Positions 11,411-25,160 are shown, numbered from the stretch's first letter. The stretch: DNA of 64,000 bases from Tubulanus polymorphus (GCF_964204645.1 NC_134033.1:10610655-10674654), one strand, 5' to 3'. A program made the numbers and translations. The notes: generated from the letters alone by a model not told the origin.

Positions 11411-12294
11411 ATGCGGCATCCATCTGATATTCTTTCCTTTTTTGAGATACGCGGTCAATTCGAGATTTCAAGATTTTCTGGTATAGAATTCGTGAAATCT
11501 TTTTAAGCCAATGTAAAGGTATATAAGTATGTATACATATAGGGCGGTGTTGGTTTTTTAATTCTTTCACGGATCACGATTTCATTAGGTTTCGGTCGAC
11601 TGCACATCTGTGTCAACTGCGCGTCGTCTATGAGACAGACAATCTGACAGCCAGTAGGGGGTCGCCAATTAAAATTAACTACCAAACTAACATCGAAGTC
11701 GCCGGTCAGAGAAGAGAGTGAGTTCATTAATGTCACTCCGAAAGTTTGATCCATTAATTAATCGGTAGTTATTTCACGGTTGGGACGCGCTAATTAGCGG
11801 ATAGTTTGAGAGAGGACTGTCGCGATCTCGTTGTGTCGTTTCCTAATTACGTAATTAATTATTGATTAGTCGGATTGGTCAACAGCATTTTTAGTACGAT
11901 TTTCGCGCAGTGGTCATTTACACGACACCTTTACCAAACAAAGCAAACTCTCAGTCTAAATTACAGTAAAACTACTAATTCAAACCTACATAAATTAATA
12001 TTCTTGTTTAGTATAGTCAGTATGACCTTAAGAATATAGTCAAATATGATATAGAATAGAACAATGGTAAGGGTATGGAAATATAAATTATAGAGTATAG
12101 AAATTGGCACTAACATTTCAGATTCTTAGTGCGCGGATTTTATTTCATCTTCCAAATCTCTTGCGGACTCGGAGTGTTCCATCGATGGTTTATGAATCTG
12201 TATATGAATTAATTAATGTATTTCGTTTGATGTCGCGTTTCGCCAAAACCGCAGAAAAATAATCTTTCAAATACTTCGGAGTGGGGAGTGAAGC

Positions 12295-12562
12295 AGATAG
12301 AGGAGAGAGAGAGAGGAGAAGTGAGAAAGGAGAAGAGAGAGGAAAGAGGAGAGAGAGAGAGTAAGAGATGAGAGAGGACAGAGGAGACGGGAGAAAGGAG
12401 AGGAAGCGGAGAGAGGTAAGAGGAGAGGGAGAGAAGAAAGGGGAGAGAGAGTAAAAGAGGAGAGAGAGAGAGAGTAATAGGGGAGAGAGGGAGTAACAGA
12501 GGAGAGGGAGGGGAGAGAGGGGAGAGGGTGAGATAGAGAGAGGATGAGAGAGGAGAGTGAGA
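12295..12562. repeat. GA-rich polypurine low-complexity tract
   Basis: Almost entirely G and A. Confidence 0.95.
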
Positions 12563-13262
12563 TGATGATGCTGACACATTCCTCGAGGCACTGTGAAATT
12601 AACAGCGAATACGTCGCGGCAATAAACCTTCTAAACGTCACAAATCAGTGATACTTTTGATACTCGGTATCGGCGGCATTGTTAAACTCGCAGCATTGAT
12701 ACCGTCACAGCCAGCAACAATACAAACCAATATAACATCATTATATACCTACACGTCTCTATACAGTGTCGCTAATCAACTCTTTGTGCTGTAAAGTTTT
12801 CGTAAGGTCTTCCGCTAATAGACAGAACAATAGCAGTTAGCATGGATATATATATATATTTATATATTTACATGTAACTCGCATATCAATCTCATATTAG
12901 CCGTTCCTCTGCGATGTTAGTCTAAATATGATTTAGGCAAATTTTCGGAATTTGTTTCACTTGGATTCAAACTTTGATCTTTGGCGAATGCCTCGTTTAA
13001 GATATATATCACGAATCTGTCTATGAAAGTTATATCATATTCTAACTGAATTACCCAAAGCTCAAATGCGGAGGGTTTAATCTGGCCTATTTTTTTCTTA
13101 TAAACAATTCGCCTTCTGGGACATCGCCTAATCTACTTTCTCTCAAACAAGGATGAAACAAAATTCAGAAAAATGATTTGATAGGTTTTATCTAAAGGAA
13201 CGAAAGGACGTGACCTTTGAACCAGTAATGACTTATTGGAATCATTAGCTTCGAATTTTCGC

Positions 13263-13636
13263 AAAAGAGATGAGAGGGTGAGAGAGGGAGGGGAAGAGAG
13301 AGGAGAGAACGAGGAAGAGAGGGAAGATGTGAGAGGCAGAGGAGAGGGAGAAGAGTTATGGAGAGGAGAGAGGAAGGGATGAAAGAGTGAGCGGGAGAGA
13401 TGAGGAGAGGTGAGAACAAAAAGAGAGGGGGAGGGGAGTGAGAGGAGAGAAGAGGGGGAGAGATGAGAGAGGAGAGGGAGGGGTGGGGAGAGAGAGGGAG
13501 AGGAGTGGGAGAGAGGAGATGGATGAGAGGAAAGGGAGAAGAGAGAGAGGGAGAGGATAGGATAGAGAGTGGCGAGAGGGAGAGAGAGGGGAGTGGGAGT
13601 GAGAGTGAGAGGAGTGAGAGAGAGGGCGAGGGAGGG
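13263..13636. repeat. GA-rich polypurine low-complexity tract
   Basis: Almost entirely G and A over about 370 bp. Confidence 0.95.
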
Positions 13637-15762
13637 TAATGAGTCTAGTCTTATGTCTTTACACAATGAATAAGCACACCCGTGCCTTGTTAATTGATTT
13701 ATACGATTTTATGTAAGGCTCTTTCAGTCGGGAATAAAACAGCCATATTGAATTAAGGCTCGTTAAGGCTTGAATTGAAAGAATAGATCGGATTGTCTGG
13801 GAATTGTGTTACCAATGAAGGGAACCCGGCAAGCGAATTACCCCTGGATAATAGTTAGATACAATAATGCATAGTGCGGCCATATACAGCAATAGGTTTA
13901 TGTGTTCGTGGTGAATGTTTAAAAGGGAGAAAAGCTTCCACGTTTTGACAATACGAGTTTTGTAACGAAAATGAATGCAATATCGTGTACTATTCATTAG
14001 CAGAGGTATTTTACCCCGGACTGGACACGGTTTTATTCCATAAACACACAGAACGGCCGTCTGAACCGAGTATAGAGGAATACGTGATAGGTACCGCCGT
14101 AATTCTGGAAGTACTGCGTCTGCTGCGCTTAAACTGAGGATACGTCGAAAACCGGGCGCCTAACCGATATCATGGCTGTCGTAGCCGTCTGTGCCGTCAT
14201 AGGTACGTCTGTTCGGGGTAAGGATACGCGTAAACATCGCCCGGGAAGGTTAGTGAAGTTTCCGAGTCGTCGAGGACGGATTCGAAATGTATGACCCGAA
14301 TATTCGATCATAATCGGTATGCGAAAATGCGCAGCAGAATCGATTCTTCGTTGCCAAGGTCGAATTTGGAGGTTACCGACCGCCGGATAGAGGACGAGAG
14401 ACAGCAACGGAGGTTATAGATATTGTCGAGGAAAAAACTATCGTATGTTTTTAGATCACTAGACGGCGGATTTAGAAAAATGTGATTCCCGGTTGGCGCG
14501 AGGCAACGGAGTTATATCACGGGAAATTATAGCGCCCCGGAGCCGCGGTCGGTTCGCGCGCATCAGAGGTAAGAAAAACATAATACTGAAACTGTATCTA
14601 ATTCAGTTGAATTCGGTCGTAATTCCATCTAGCGAAATTAACGAGAAAATTGCGTAAAAATGGTGTAGATTCGATGAGTAATTTTCTACACGGTAAAAAT
14701 CGTTTTGGATTTTCGGTCGAGGAAATACGGAAAACCATATATCCCGAAATAATAGAGTTAATTTTTGAAATTATTTCGATTTCTAATGATTCGCTTAAAT
14801 CGAAATATCCCCTGACCGCTCAACTATGTCCTAACTATCGTTAATTTCGTGTAGAATTAACTACATCGGCGTTATCAAGATCGGGAAAAATTCGATTTCG
14901 AAATTTTTTGTCGATCGCTGATATTCGATCAGAGCCTAAATGCCGTTTAAACGGATGTATATATGAAAATCGAGTCTGTATTATAAACACATCTACCTCG
15001 GCAGCAACGCGGAAATATAGGGGTACATTTATAGAAAACCAAACCGAACTAAATACGCGGAATTGCGTGTTCCCCGTAACGGAGCCGAATATGGCGAAAA
15101 TAAAAACCCGTTATGAAAAAAGCCGTTAATTAATACATCTGTAATTTTGCCGAATTCGGAAATTCCTGCTCTGTCCCATAGTTGATCTCAGATTTCATCG
15201 GATTTTTCCCGTTAATTTCTATCAAAATATAAATGGCCACAACCGAAATCATCAAAATTAATTCCTATTTTCTATTGCAATGATATTGATAATCTCATTT
15301 TATTACGAGTATAAAATTGATGGATAATTCAATTTTCGTCAACACCAAGACGTAGATATTTCTAATAAAGATTTTCTCGATGCTACAAAAACAACAAAAA
15401 TCGACCGAAAAAAAATTACATAAAAATTAGGTATGAATTTTCGACGATTTTTTTTCTCGCGACGGCACGGAGAACAAAGTGTTGTTTTTTTTAACAGAAC
15501 CAGATGAAATGATACTACAATACGCGGGTTGCGGAAGAAAATCAATTTTCATGCCCGACGGCACCGTTCCCTATCTCATCGACTCGATAGAAGTTTATTG
15601 CTCGTTAAATGTGACAATAATTTACGAATTTACGATTTGCACCGCGGGTCAGGCTAAACAGCTCAAATAGTTTATACGTGCATATATAAACCCAGTAATG
15701 TAAACTCTTTAAGTGCGGTACTGGCTGGTTGGAAGATTGTGGTTGAACCGAATTTCCCAAAT

Positions 15763-15966
15763 ATGTACTTCGATTTAAACAAAACATTCTGTAAATTCTA
15801 CCGCCGATCACACGACTTCATATCTGTACTTCGATTTGCGATTTCGAAATCAAACTCCTGTTTCACTCCCGGCAGGTGTGGTGGGTTTGTATAAGGAACC
15901 CCGAATCGAAACAAATTGGACCAAGTTTCCAATTGAAGAAATAACAGGGTTAATCCCTAATTTAAG
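15763..15966 (+). repeat. Dispersed repeat family B (unclassified)
   Basis: Reverse-complement match to 39056-39263 (e.g. CCGCCGATCACAC...GTACTTCGATTT...CCCGGCAGGTGTGGTGGG). A partial copy lies near 20340-20400. Confidence 0.8.
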
Positions 15967-15986
15967 TCAAAAATACGTTTAGATCG

Positions 15987-16148
15987 CAGGGGCTGCAGTT
16001 GCTCAAAAGTTGGTCTGAGCATGGACACGTTCATGGTTAGAGTTGACCAGTGAGGATAGTCGACACAGTGACGATTAGAAGTTCATTGTTACTACGGTAT
16101 TTACCCGCCGGTTATCTTTAACCAACTTTCCAGCAACTGCAGCCCCTG
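15987..16148. mobile_element. CWG-flanked MITE (PIF/Harbinger-like), family C
   Basis: TIRs CAGGGGCTGCAGTTGCTCAAAAGTTGGT ... ACCAACTTTCCAGCAACTGCAGCCCCTG. The interior is shared with 20530-20655 and 54181-54399. Confidence 0.75.
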
Positions 16149-16740
16149 AGATTCTCGGCAAAGTATCTTTAGCTATAGGGAAATAAAGTGAACATTTGTC
16201 ATGTTAGGTATTTAGGTATATTTTTTATGAATCTTGCGGATTTCTAATGTTCAATATTTTCGTCGTTGTCTAAAGGTTAATTGTCGATTTCTGAAAAAGC
16301 ATAAGTAAGAAATATTGTAATGATACCTAAATTGTATTTTAGATCAGAAAGCTGTTGCGCGATCATGTGATCACTTGCGACTGTGGCTTACGATCCAACA
16401 ACTGGCTTCAAAAACAATCTATGCATTTATGGTATAAAAACTTTCTGAAAATATCGATTTTAAAACAAAGAAATCTTAATTCACGTAAATACAATTAGAG
16501 AACGAACCGAATAATTTCGAACACACTATAGCAGACGCTATGGCAGAGGTGACAGTTTAAAAAAACACAGGTTTTTTCCTTTCTTTGTTTTCGCGTTCGC
16601 ATTGACGATATAAATAGCGAAATTATACGCGATATTTCGCGAACAATATATCACAAAAAATACAGGAGAACGTCTGAAAAATCTGTTACTAAGTACGTAA
16701 CACTAACAGGAATGATCAGCTGTGACTATATGTGGTGTAA

Positions 16741-16941
16741 GAGGGAGAGAGAGAGAGAGGGGCTACTCTCTCTCTACCTCCCTCCCTTTCTCCCTCCCTC
16801 TCTCCCCTCTCTCATCCTCCCCCCTCTCTCACCCTCCCCCTTTCTCTCCGTTTCTCCCTCCCCTCTCTCTTTCCATCTCTCCCTCCTCCCTCTCTCCTCT
16901 CTCTCCATCTCTCCTTCTCCCCCTCTCCCCTCTCTCCTCTC
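16741..16941. repeat. GA then CT low-complexity tract
   Basis: A short GA run followed by about 175 bp of C/T. Confidence 0.95.
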
Positions 16942-17969
16942 AAACGTGTGTGTCGGAGGCGTCGAATGCCACGGATTAGAAATCGTAGAGTTAATCCCCC
17001 GTATCTGATAGCAGTTTGGGGGAGATTAATAATTATTAATCTCCCTGCGTTACCGCTGCCGCTATATACCGCTGCGGCGTGTCAGACGAGACCCGAGCTG
17101 AAAATGACGTCATTCGTCGATGTCGATTACACGAAAATCGTCGTGGTCGATTTTTCCGACAATTTTTCCCACTTTCTGTCGATACGTCACACGATAAAGG
17201 TGTCTCTTTCATTTCTCTCGAACCGCGAATCGCCCCGAGATGGAATGTAAATTAATGAAATTGTGTTCTTTTTTGTTGTCGAAATTTTCGAATATCCAAA
17301 ACTGAAATGGATTGTCTTTTTTTTTCTTCTTTTCTGGTGATACCGGGGAATCGCAGTTTTCTCGGGTGATATGGGGGCTAAAACTATTCGGAATTAACTA
17401 ATTCTAGTTCCAAAACAGCCGAAATCACCCCCAATAATTGCAGAACCGGCTGTACGCAGCCGACAAATGAACTTATCCAACTAAGATTTTTAAACTTATA
17501 GTAGACAAAAGGAACTTTAGTCAAACCGGTCACCCAGCATAAATGTTTTACGTTTAATTGTTGATTTCCGAGCCTTTTTGAAATTTTCTAAACAATCCGG
17601 ACTCTCGGAAATTTATTTCTAGATACTCAGTCGAATAAACTTTCGAACGGAGTTGTGTCAATTTATTCAACAATGAAATATTTCCAGGTTTTTTTTACAA
17701 ATAACGAATTGGAATATGAAGCCACGGGTGAAATGTCCCCCGGCAAAATATGGAGCCAATGACAGTTCGTAAACGCGATCTCGATGCCAGAACGACTCGT
17801 AATCCCTAATGTCGATTTAAAGCCGCAGCGGAATCATAACAGAATTCATCCTCGAAAAATAGTTAACGTACCACAGCGCAATCGATTCCGCTGATTGACT
17901 AAGACTGAATTGAATTTGACACCAGCAAAATTGATCGTATAATTTCGGAAGAGTATCCAGATAGTTAAA

Positions 17970-18089
17970 TAATAATAAAAACGCAACTATCACAATCTTC
18001 ATAATGATAATGAGTTTACTTACATGTTTTAACATGTAAATAAACTCATTATCATCATGAAGATTGTGATAGTTGCGTGTTTATTATTA
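17970..18089. repeat. Near-perfect long palindrome (59-bp arms, 2-nt spacer)
   Basis: 17970-18028 is the reverse complement of 18031-18089 with 3 mismatches. Confidence 0.95.
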
Positions 18090-20529
18090 AAATAGCTCGC
18101 GCAGTAATGAAATATGTATTTTTACGGATGAATTTTGTTGTTGTTTTGATTCTGCTCCGGTTTTATATATAGGTCTATCGACTCTCAACCGAAACAAGTC
18201 TCGATGTTTTATTCGAAATTTCGATTTTATTCTATTTGAAGATTATCAAAGTACAAATATAAATTCATAATTAGTTACAATATGTACATAATTCATGACA
18301 ATCATCGGGACCTCGAAAATCATGTAATGATTGTCACCAGCCGAGGCCCTGGAGAGCAGACGTTATATCACAAATACATATGAAAGAAAAACAAAAATTG
18401 AGGATGATAGAACGATACTGTTTGGATAGTTAGAAGGATACAGAATTTGAACTAAGTCGTAGCCTGAATGACAGTCATGTGATTAAATGATAGCAGTTAT
18501 TAGTAAACGGTTATAATTTGAGTAGAATAGAAAAATATATCGTTTTCAATTCATCGAAATATATCATGTTCGAAAAAAAAAATAATCAACCGATCGATTT
18601 TATTGAAGAGAACGGAGACGAACGATGAAAGGTCGTTCCGCGATTGTGAAAATCTGTTTCAACATCGACGACTAAATCGTATAGAAAGAAGCATGTTTAT
18701 CTACGGGAACGTCATCAGCTGAGACGATTCGAGCCCCGGGAAACTTCGCCGTTCGAAGTTGAAATATTTTTATTTTTTAAATACCGCGGCGGTTCCGCGT
18801 CGGGAATTGTGTTTGTACAGGCTGCGAGAGACGCTGCGGGAAGCTGCGGCAATTCACGCGGTGAATTATATCAATTTAACGCAGTCAGAAGCGTACGAGT
18901 CGTTTATTTGTCGTAGATGTTTTAATATTTATACAACCTGTCCTCCTGGTCGTCGCAATATTCAAATCCCGCTCGCCACACGAGAATATTCGCGCGATAC
19001 CCGTGCCGCCGTCTGTTGATAAAATACCGAACTAGAGCGGTGAGGTCGAGAAATTCCAGAAGAGATAATGTTTTTGAGATTTTTCATTAATTTGTTTTGA
19101 TCGCAATTTCGAAGTTCATTTAGGAATTCCTGTTTAAAATTGCACGGAAAGTTCTGGCTTCTTATGTGTGAATCGTTTTTAAATTTTGAATGAACGAATT
19201 CTGAAAGAGTTGCGAACGTTTTGACAGTCGCGAAATTTCATAATTCAACTTCGGGAGAAGCCGCGCGTAAAATCGACTGTCTTGTTTCGATATTTTCTTC
19301 TACTTAGCTCCGTTTCTCATCCTAGTATTTCTTTTCAAGGCCTCTTGGTTAGGTATAAAATGGACCGAAATTGATGAAATAATCACACTTCCTATTCAAC
19401 AAGCGGTGAACTATTAAATAAGCGGGAGGAAGGGGTGGGGCAGGGTGGTTGTTGAATAAAACCGAAATTAAGAAGTTCATATGATTTGGTATTTGTTATA
19501 GCGGGTATATATAGTAAGAGTAGGTAGTGATTTCTACCAATTCAAAAACTGTGAAATAGTAAGTAAAGGGTTAGGGGGTAGGGGTGGTGGTTATTGAATA
19601 AAACTGGAGTAAAAACATAATTTGTTATTGTGGGTATATATAGTAAGGGGTATATAGTAGTTGTTTAGCGAAGCTAAATATAGCCCGTTAAAGTACAGGT
19701 GGTTTGTTATCCGTGAGCTAATCCTGGATAATCGACTAGCACGGCTAATCCGGGAATACCGATAGGGAGATTAAAGCCATAAATCCTCCTCGGTTCGGCT
19801 CCGTTAGAACGTGAACGTAAGACTCGTTTTAAGCGCGCGAGGAATGTTGTTTATATTGGTAATTACACGGGAGGGATCGTCGCTATTGGAACGATTTCGA
19901 AATATCCGAATAAAAATTCGATTTCGGTTTCGTGGAATTTTATTATAATTTCTCGGAAATAAATTCCGAGTTGATAAAACTATGGACTTTTATAGAGACC
20001 ATGATAAAACTAACCAAAAAATGAATCGACTGGATTTTTTGGAAAGTCTTGTTAATCTATTTTTAGTTCATCGGGAAATAGGGACGACTGTTGACTTCCA
20101 CAGGCAACGCTGACTGCCTGATTTTGATAAAGCGAAAAACCACAATAGGATGAGAAAACTAGGAAAAACAAATCTGAACAAAAAATTAAATTTTGAATAT
20201 TTTGAATATTTGAATATTGAAACGTCGGATTCTCTTCTATTTTTTTTCATCGTGTTGATTTTGCCACTTCATAGGGGTAACCGTGCGTCTTAACTATTTG
20301 ATAGATTAAGTTTAATTATTTTCTGATCAATTATCTTTGTTGTGTCCCTATAACAAACCCGCCTATCAGTCACACCTGCCGGGAACGAAACAGAGGGTTA
20401 TACAAAATTGTATATCAAGAAAAAAGTTTCTTTCAAAGTTGAGTCGTATCTATAAAGGTATCCCCGTACACTAAATCGGTATCCGTTAGTGTTTGGCCGT
20501 GGTGCAACGGAATGAAGCCTTCTAACCGT

Positions 20530-20655
20530 CCGCGGCCAGTTGCTCAAACGTTGGTTAAAGATAACCCGCAGATAAACACCATAATAACAATGAACTTGTA
20601 ATATTTTCGCTGTGCCAACTATCCACTGGTTAACGTTTGAGCAACTGCAGCCCTG
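20530..20655. mobile_element. MITE family C copy (inverted relative to 15987)
   Basis: CAGTTGCTCAAACGTTGGTTAAAGATAACC ... GTTTGAGCAACTGCAGCCCTG. Confidence 0.7.
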
Positions 20656-21109
20656 AATTTTATACGGCAAATTCAGCTGAAATATCACCGAATAATTCGG
20701 TTTCGGTGGTTACCATCGCAAAGTTGGATGAACTCCGCGCATAGTAACGCGATAGACCCACCCGACGACACGGACAGAGAGGGAGAGAGCCCGGTGTTAA
20801 CTATCGATTCAATTAACGGCGATCTAAAATCGCGAAAATAATTAACGCCAGATAATTAATGATAACATCTATTATCGCGATTTCGAATTTAAATCTTCGG
20901 ATACACAATGCGCGAGCCCATTTCATGCAGATCTCGCGTAGAATTAACTATACGTTTTATAATCGAATTTTCGTTCGGAGTCTGTTGTTGTGTCGTTATG
21001 AACTAATGAAACTTTAATCCGGCCTGTGAAGCCGCCGCCTGACGTCCCCGCACAGTTTAACACCAAAACGATTAACTTCTCGAATCCCTTGAATTTCTTC
21101 GCGAATTCT

Positions 21110-21351
21110 CAGAGATGGATCAAAGGGCAGGGGCCGGTACAGGGGGTGAGCACCCCGCCCCTTAAAACTGTAGAGTTGCCTAAAAACTTTACAGCAAAAT
21201 GAAATATGTTAAAGCAATACCACGAAAAAATTAAAATTCGTACGCTTATCTGTATTTCCAAGAATGAGTTTTTCTTTTTGCTCTTTTAATTATATGATAT
21301 GCCCTATTTTGGGTTCCACCCTCCCGGAGTCAGCCTCTAGATCCGCCCCTG
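21110..21351. mobile_element. Possible non-autonomous DNA element (CAGGGGCGGATC-type ends, hAT-like)
   Basis: Right end TAGATCCGCCCCTG and a degenerate left end CAGAGATGGATC. No clear TSD. Confidence 0.35.
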
Positions 21352-24162
21352 ATTATGTTTATCTGTATGAATCGATTTAGGAGTCTAAGAACTACTTATA
21401 TCATGAAACTGGACCCAAACTATACCTGTCAAAATTGATTTAAGAACATGTATACGAATTCCTAAGCGATTGTTACGTGGAACATAAACTGTAATACATA
21501 ACCGTAATAAAACTGGATTAGTGTCATCCGCGCTAACGTTTAATCGTATCATCTATATCGATAAAGCATTACTAGCTGCCCGAGGGCCGTATTGTATTCA
21601 TTCGGCCATTTTCTAATGGTCTAATGAATACCCGAATCAAAATACGGAGTGCTCCCTTTCATCGGTTCGTGAGTTATCCGTAAATTAGAGGACATTTTAC
21701 AATCGTAATGATCCGGAGATCGGATACACCGACTCGAGGTCGCGGGGAATAGAATTAAAAATCTAAACCCGCTCTGTTCATATTTGAAGGATCGAACTGT
21801 TTTCCTCTTATTGAAGTGTTTTTTCCCATGGTATTCAAGTCCCAACAGCTTAGGTGACTTAGGTGACATTTACTTCGCATGCATATATTTATTGATATAC
21901 TTGATTATACTCCCGTTTATGATTTATGCAGGAAATAAGGTAATAGCAATAATGATAGTGATAATAGTAAAAATAATAATGAGATTTATTCAGTCTCTAG
22001 AAAGACGGAATCCACCACCGAAACCTAGTATGTTCTTGGAGATGATACACAATATTCATGTTAGATGAATATTAGAGCGAATTCCCGCAATCGATATATT
22101 TCAGAAATATAGCACGCCCGATGATGGCTAATAGTGTTTGTACATACTACTTCTATTCAAAAACATTTCATCTTCGGTTACATTTATTGCGGCATTTATT
22201 GTGTCTTCTTGTTCTGTTTATTTTCGATCTTAATTTTTCATAGATAGATTTCGTATCTTTTTTTCTTCAATCTTTTGATTTCGTAAATTTAGCGGCTTTT
22301 AAGAATATTAGATTCAGAAAAACAGACAAATTTTGCACTAAGATATGATAGGCACTAGGGGGTATTAAACAACTTTAGAAAAAATTATTTCGTTGCGCCA
22401 GCATTTTTTACTGTTTACGAAGGAATTTTTCTATATACTTCGTCGAAAATGACAAAATAAAAATGCAATTTTTATTTCCTCAATGGAAAATCATGAATTT
22501 CGTGATGTTGCCAGCACCACCCACCTGCTATCGTGTCTCTCTATTAATAGTATATACGGAGAGCTGAGTTTCACGCGTGAAAACTCGCGCAGACGCCCGC
22601 GTGATACCGAATTCAAATATAGATATCACGCCGATATCTCTACGATTCCTCTAGAACCGCGGACTTAATAACCGTGCGAGTTAAAATCCTCGCTCGAAAA
22701 CAGTCAAATCGTAAACGATTAAACGTTATTACGTTTGACCGGACGCGGGATATTTTTTTCACTCCCCGAAGCAACTCTTCATATTCGAGCACATATTCTT
22801 CGCCAATTTGATGATATTTTTTTGTTCGTTCTTTTCGATTAAATCGTTTATATTTAATCGTTTTTTAGAACGCGTACACGCTCTGATAAGCGTATCATTC
22901 GACGTTTGAAAAAGCACGTTTCATTTATTTCTATAAATCGTCTTTGACGGCGCTAATTCCTCTCTCTCTCTCCATCTCTCTCTCCCTCTCTCTCTCTGTT
23001 CCTCTCGCTCTGAGTCTGATCATCGGTGTTCATGCCTCAGGCGACCAGAACCACTTTTGAATACGCGCAGACACAGCTCCTCCCAGGGCCCATCACCTGC
23101 GCAACTTCAACAATACCCGTATGATAATTACCGGCACAGACGACCGACTGCATTTTCGCCCAGCAGAATACGCCGGTTTAATTCCGTAAATCGCCACGAA
23201 TTATGATTGAATTAAATCTTTTACGGTGTTATATTTCTGATAAACACACACGGACGACGGTGTAATCGATATAGTTACGGAGGCTCGTCTGCAACAGGCT
23301 CTCAACTCGAGCTCGACTCTCGTCGCTTCGGTTCATATTGTTCCCCGCTCATTTGGCACGCTACAATTTCGCGTTTATATCATTTCGATAATTAACGGTT
23401 TTTTTCATGACTAATTTTCTCTTCGTAATATCAATTCTGACTATATTTCTAAAAGACAGTTATGACAGCCACAGGTCGTATCAGCTGTCTGTTTGTCTGT
23501 CGGTTTGTGTGTGTTTAATGTCTTTTTTGTCAGTTTTGCCATCGTTGAAATGCGTGACAAACTTCAGATCGGCGATACGCCCCGCTGGGTCAGCGCGTTA
23601 CCGGAGTTCCCTCAATCCCCCGGCTTCATTCAATATTCGGCCCCAATTAACATATTAAATTTCAACCGAAGTAACAATTTTCCCAGATCTGAATTTCATT
23701 TCGTATCGCGCCTGAAACCATTGAATATTTTTCTTTTTTTTTGTATTTTCAGATATTCGCGATATCGATTGATCGTTAAGCGTTCGTGTAAGTTACCACC
23801 TCAAAGTATGAAGATAATTTTCATTTCGTAACAACTATAATGATAATAATGATGATGATAATAATGATATTAATAATCAGTTATTTTAATTCTTCGAATC
23901 TTCGAGATTTTGAATCGATAAATACCGTTGTAATAAATTTCGAAAAAAAAAACATTATTCCTCAACAACAATTTTCACCGCATCAGAAAAATAAATTAAT
24001 TGCCGGGATAAATTAGATGTATTTCGTTTGAAAACAACTTCCTTATTTTTTCGATTCATCTCTCATTCGTCAAATGAAAACCTCATACGATTAAATTGAA
24101 TCATTTTCGCCGGCTTTATATAACCCGGGGCGAAATCGAACCTATTGTCATCGTAGATAGAG

Positions 24163-24328
<166 letters not shown>

Positions 24329-24797
24329 CATTGTAATGTGTCGATTTGAAATCGAATTGTCATTCAATATTATGACTTTGTTGATAATCGAATCGTCGAA
24401 TTACTTATTGTTAAATGTGGTCTCGTTTGTGGTTGTGCGAACGCGATAATAAAATGGCGTAGACTATTGTTGAGTATGGATTCGAAGTCTTTAAAAATAT
24501 CAGTTTCTGAATTGACGTCCCCGCGGATATCATTTCCAGGTAACTCTACCTATTATTCACCTCGTTTTTTGATAGTCATGATATTTCTTCCTATTTGCGA
24601 GCAATAGTTTTGATTATACGAATAAAAAAGAAAACAAGATTTATTTGTTATCATCATCGACGGTTGGCAATCAGTCATGATTCGTTCGCTCGATAAAAAT
24701 GTCGAGAAACGGAATTTGTTCTAATTCTGTTCGTAAACGCTCTAAAAGCATATTCCAGTAACTTGGAACATAAGATATATCTCTACAGTATTTTTAG

Positions 24798-25160
24798 TAT
24801 TCCTAAGATGATTGTTAAGGTGTTGTCGAAACGTTGAATAAACTATACTATAAGCTAAGAAATTCGTTTTATTCTTTCTAGTAGAGGATTTCATATTCTA
24901 GCGTAGAGTGACGTCATTTTTTCTGCAGATGGGATTTAGAATGAATCCCATCGGATCATAGAAATATTCCGAAGTATTCTGGAGGACAACATAAGTATTC
25001 CCGAAGATGACTATAGCAAAATAAATACATGAAGCGGGTATAGTCGAAACGTCGAATAAACCGCGAGCTCGAGGAATATTTCAGACTCTTTTTATTCTTA
25101 AGTGGGCTGGGTTTTTATATCGCCTATACAACACGGACTCAGAGTGTGTCATCAACAGTT
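24798..25160 (+). mobile_element. Two tandem Penelope-like terminal-repeat fragments with hammerhead motifs
   Basis: 24996-25058 reads TATTC CCGAAGA T GACTATA..TATAGTC GAAA CGTC GAATA (stems I and II intact, one core substitution). A more degenerate copy is at 24798-24840. Confidence 0.65.

Noticed and set aside
12190-13666. Leu/Ser/Pro-rich ORFs (also 16712, 27601, 31672, 32373, 35653)
   Set aside because: Translations of GA/CT low-complexity tracts.
14560-14575. Strong plus-strand splice donor AG|GTAAGA after a CpG-rich stretch (possible divergent lncRNA exon)
   Set aside because: No matching promoter or acceptor could be supported from sequence alone.
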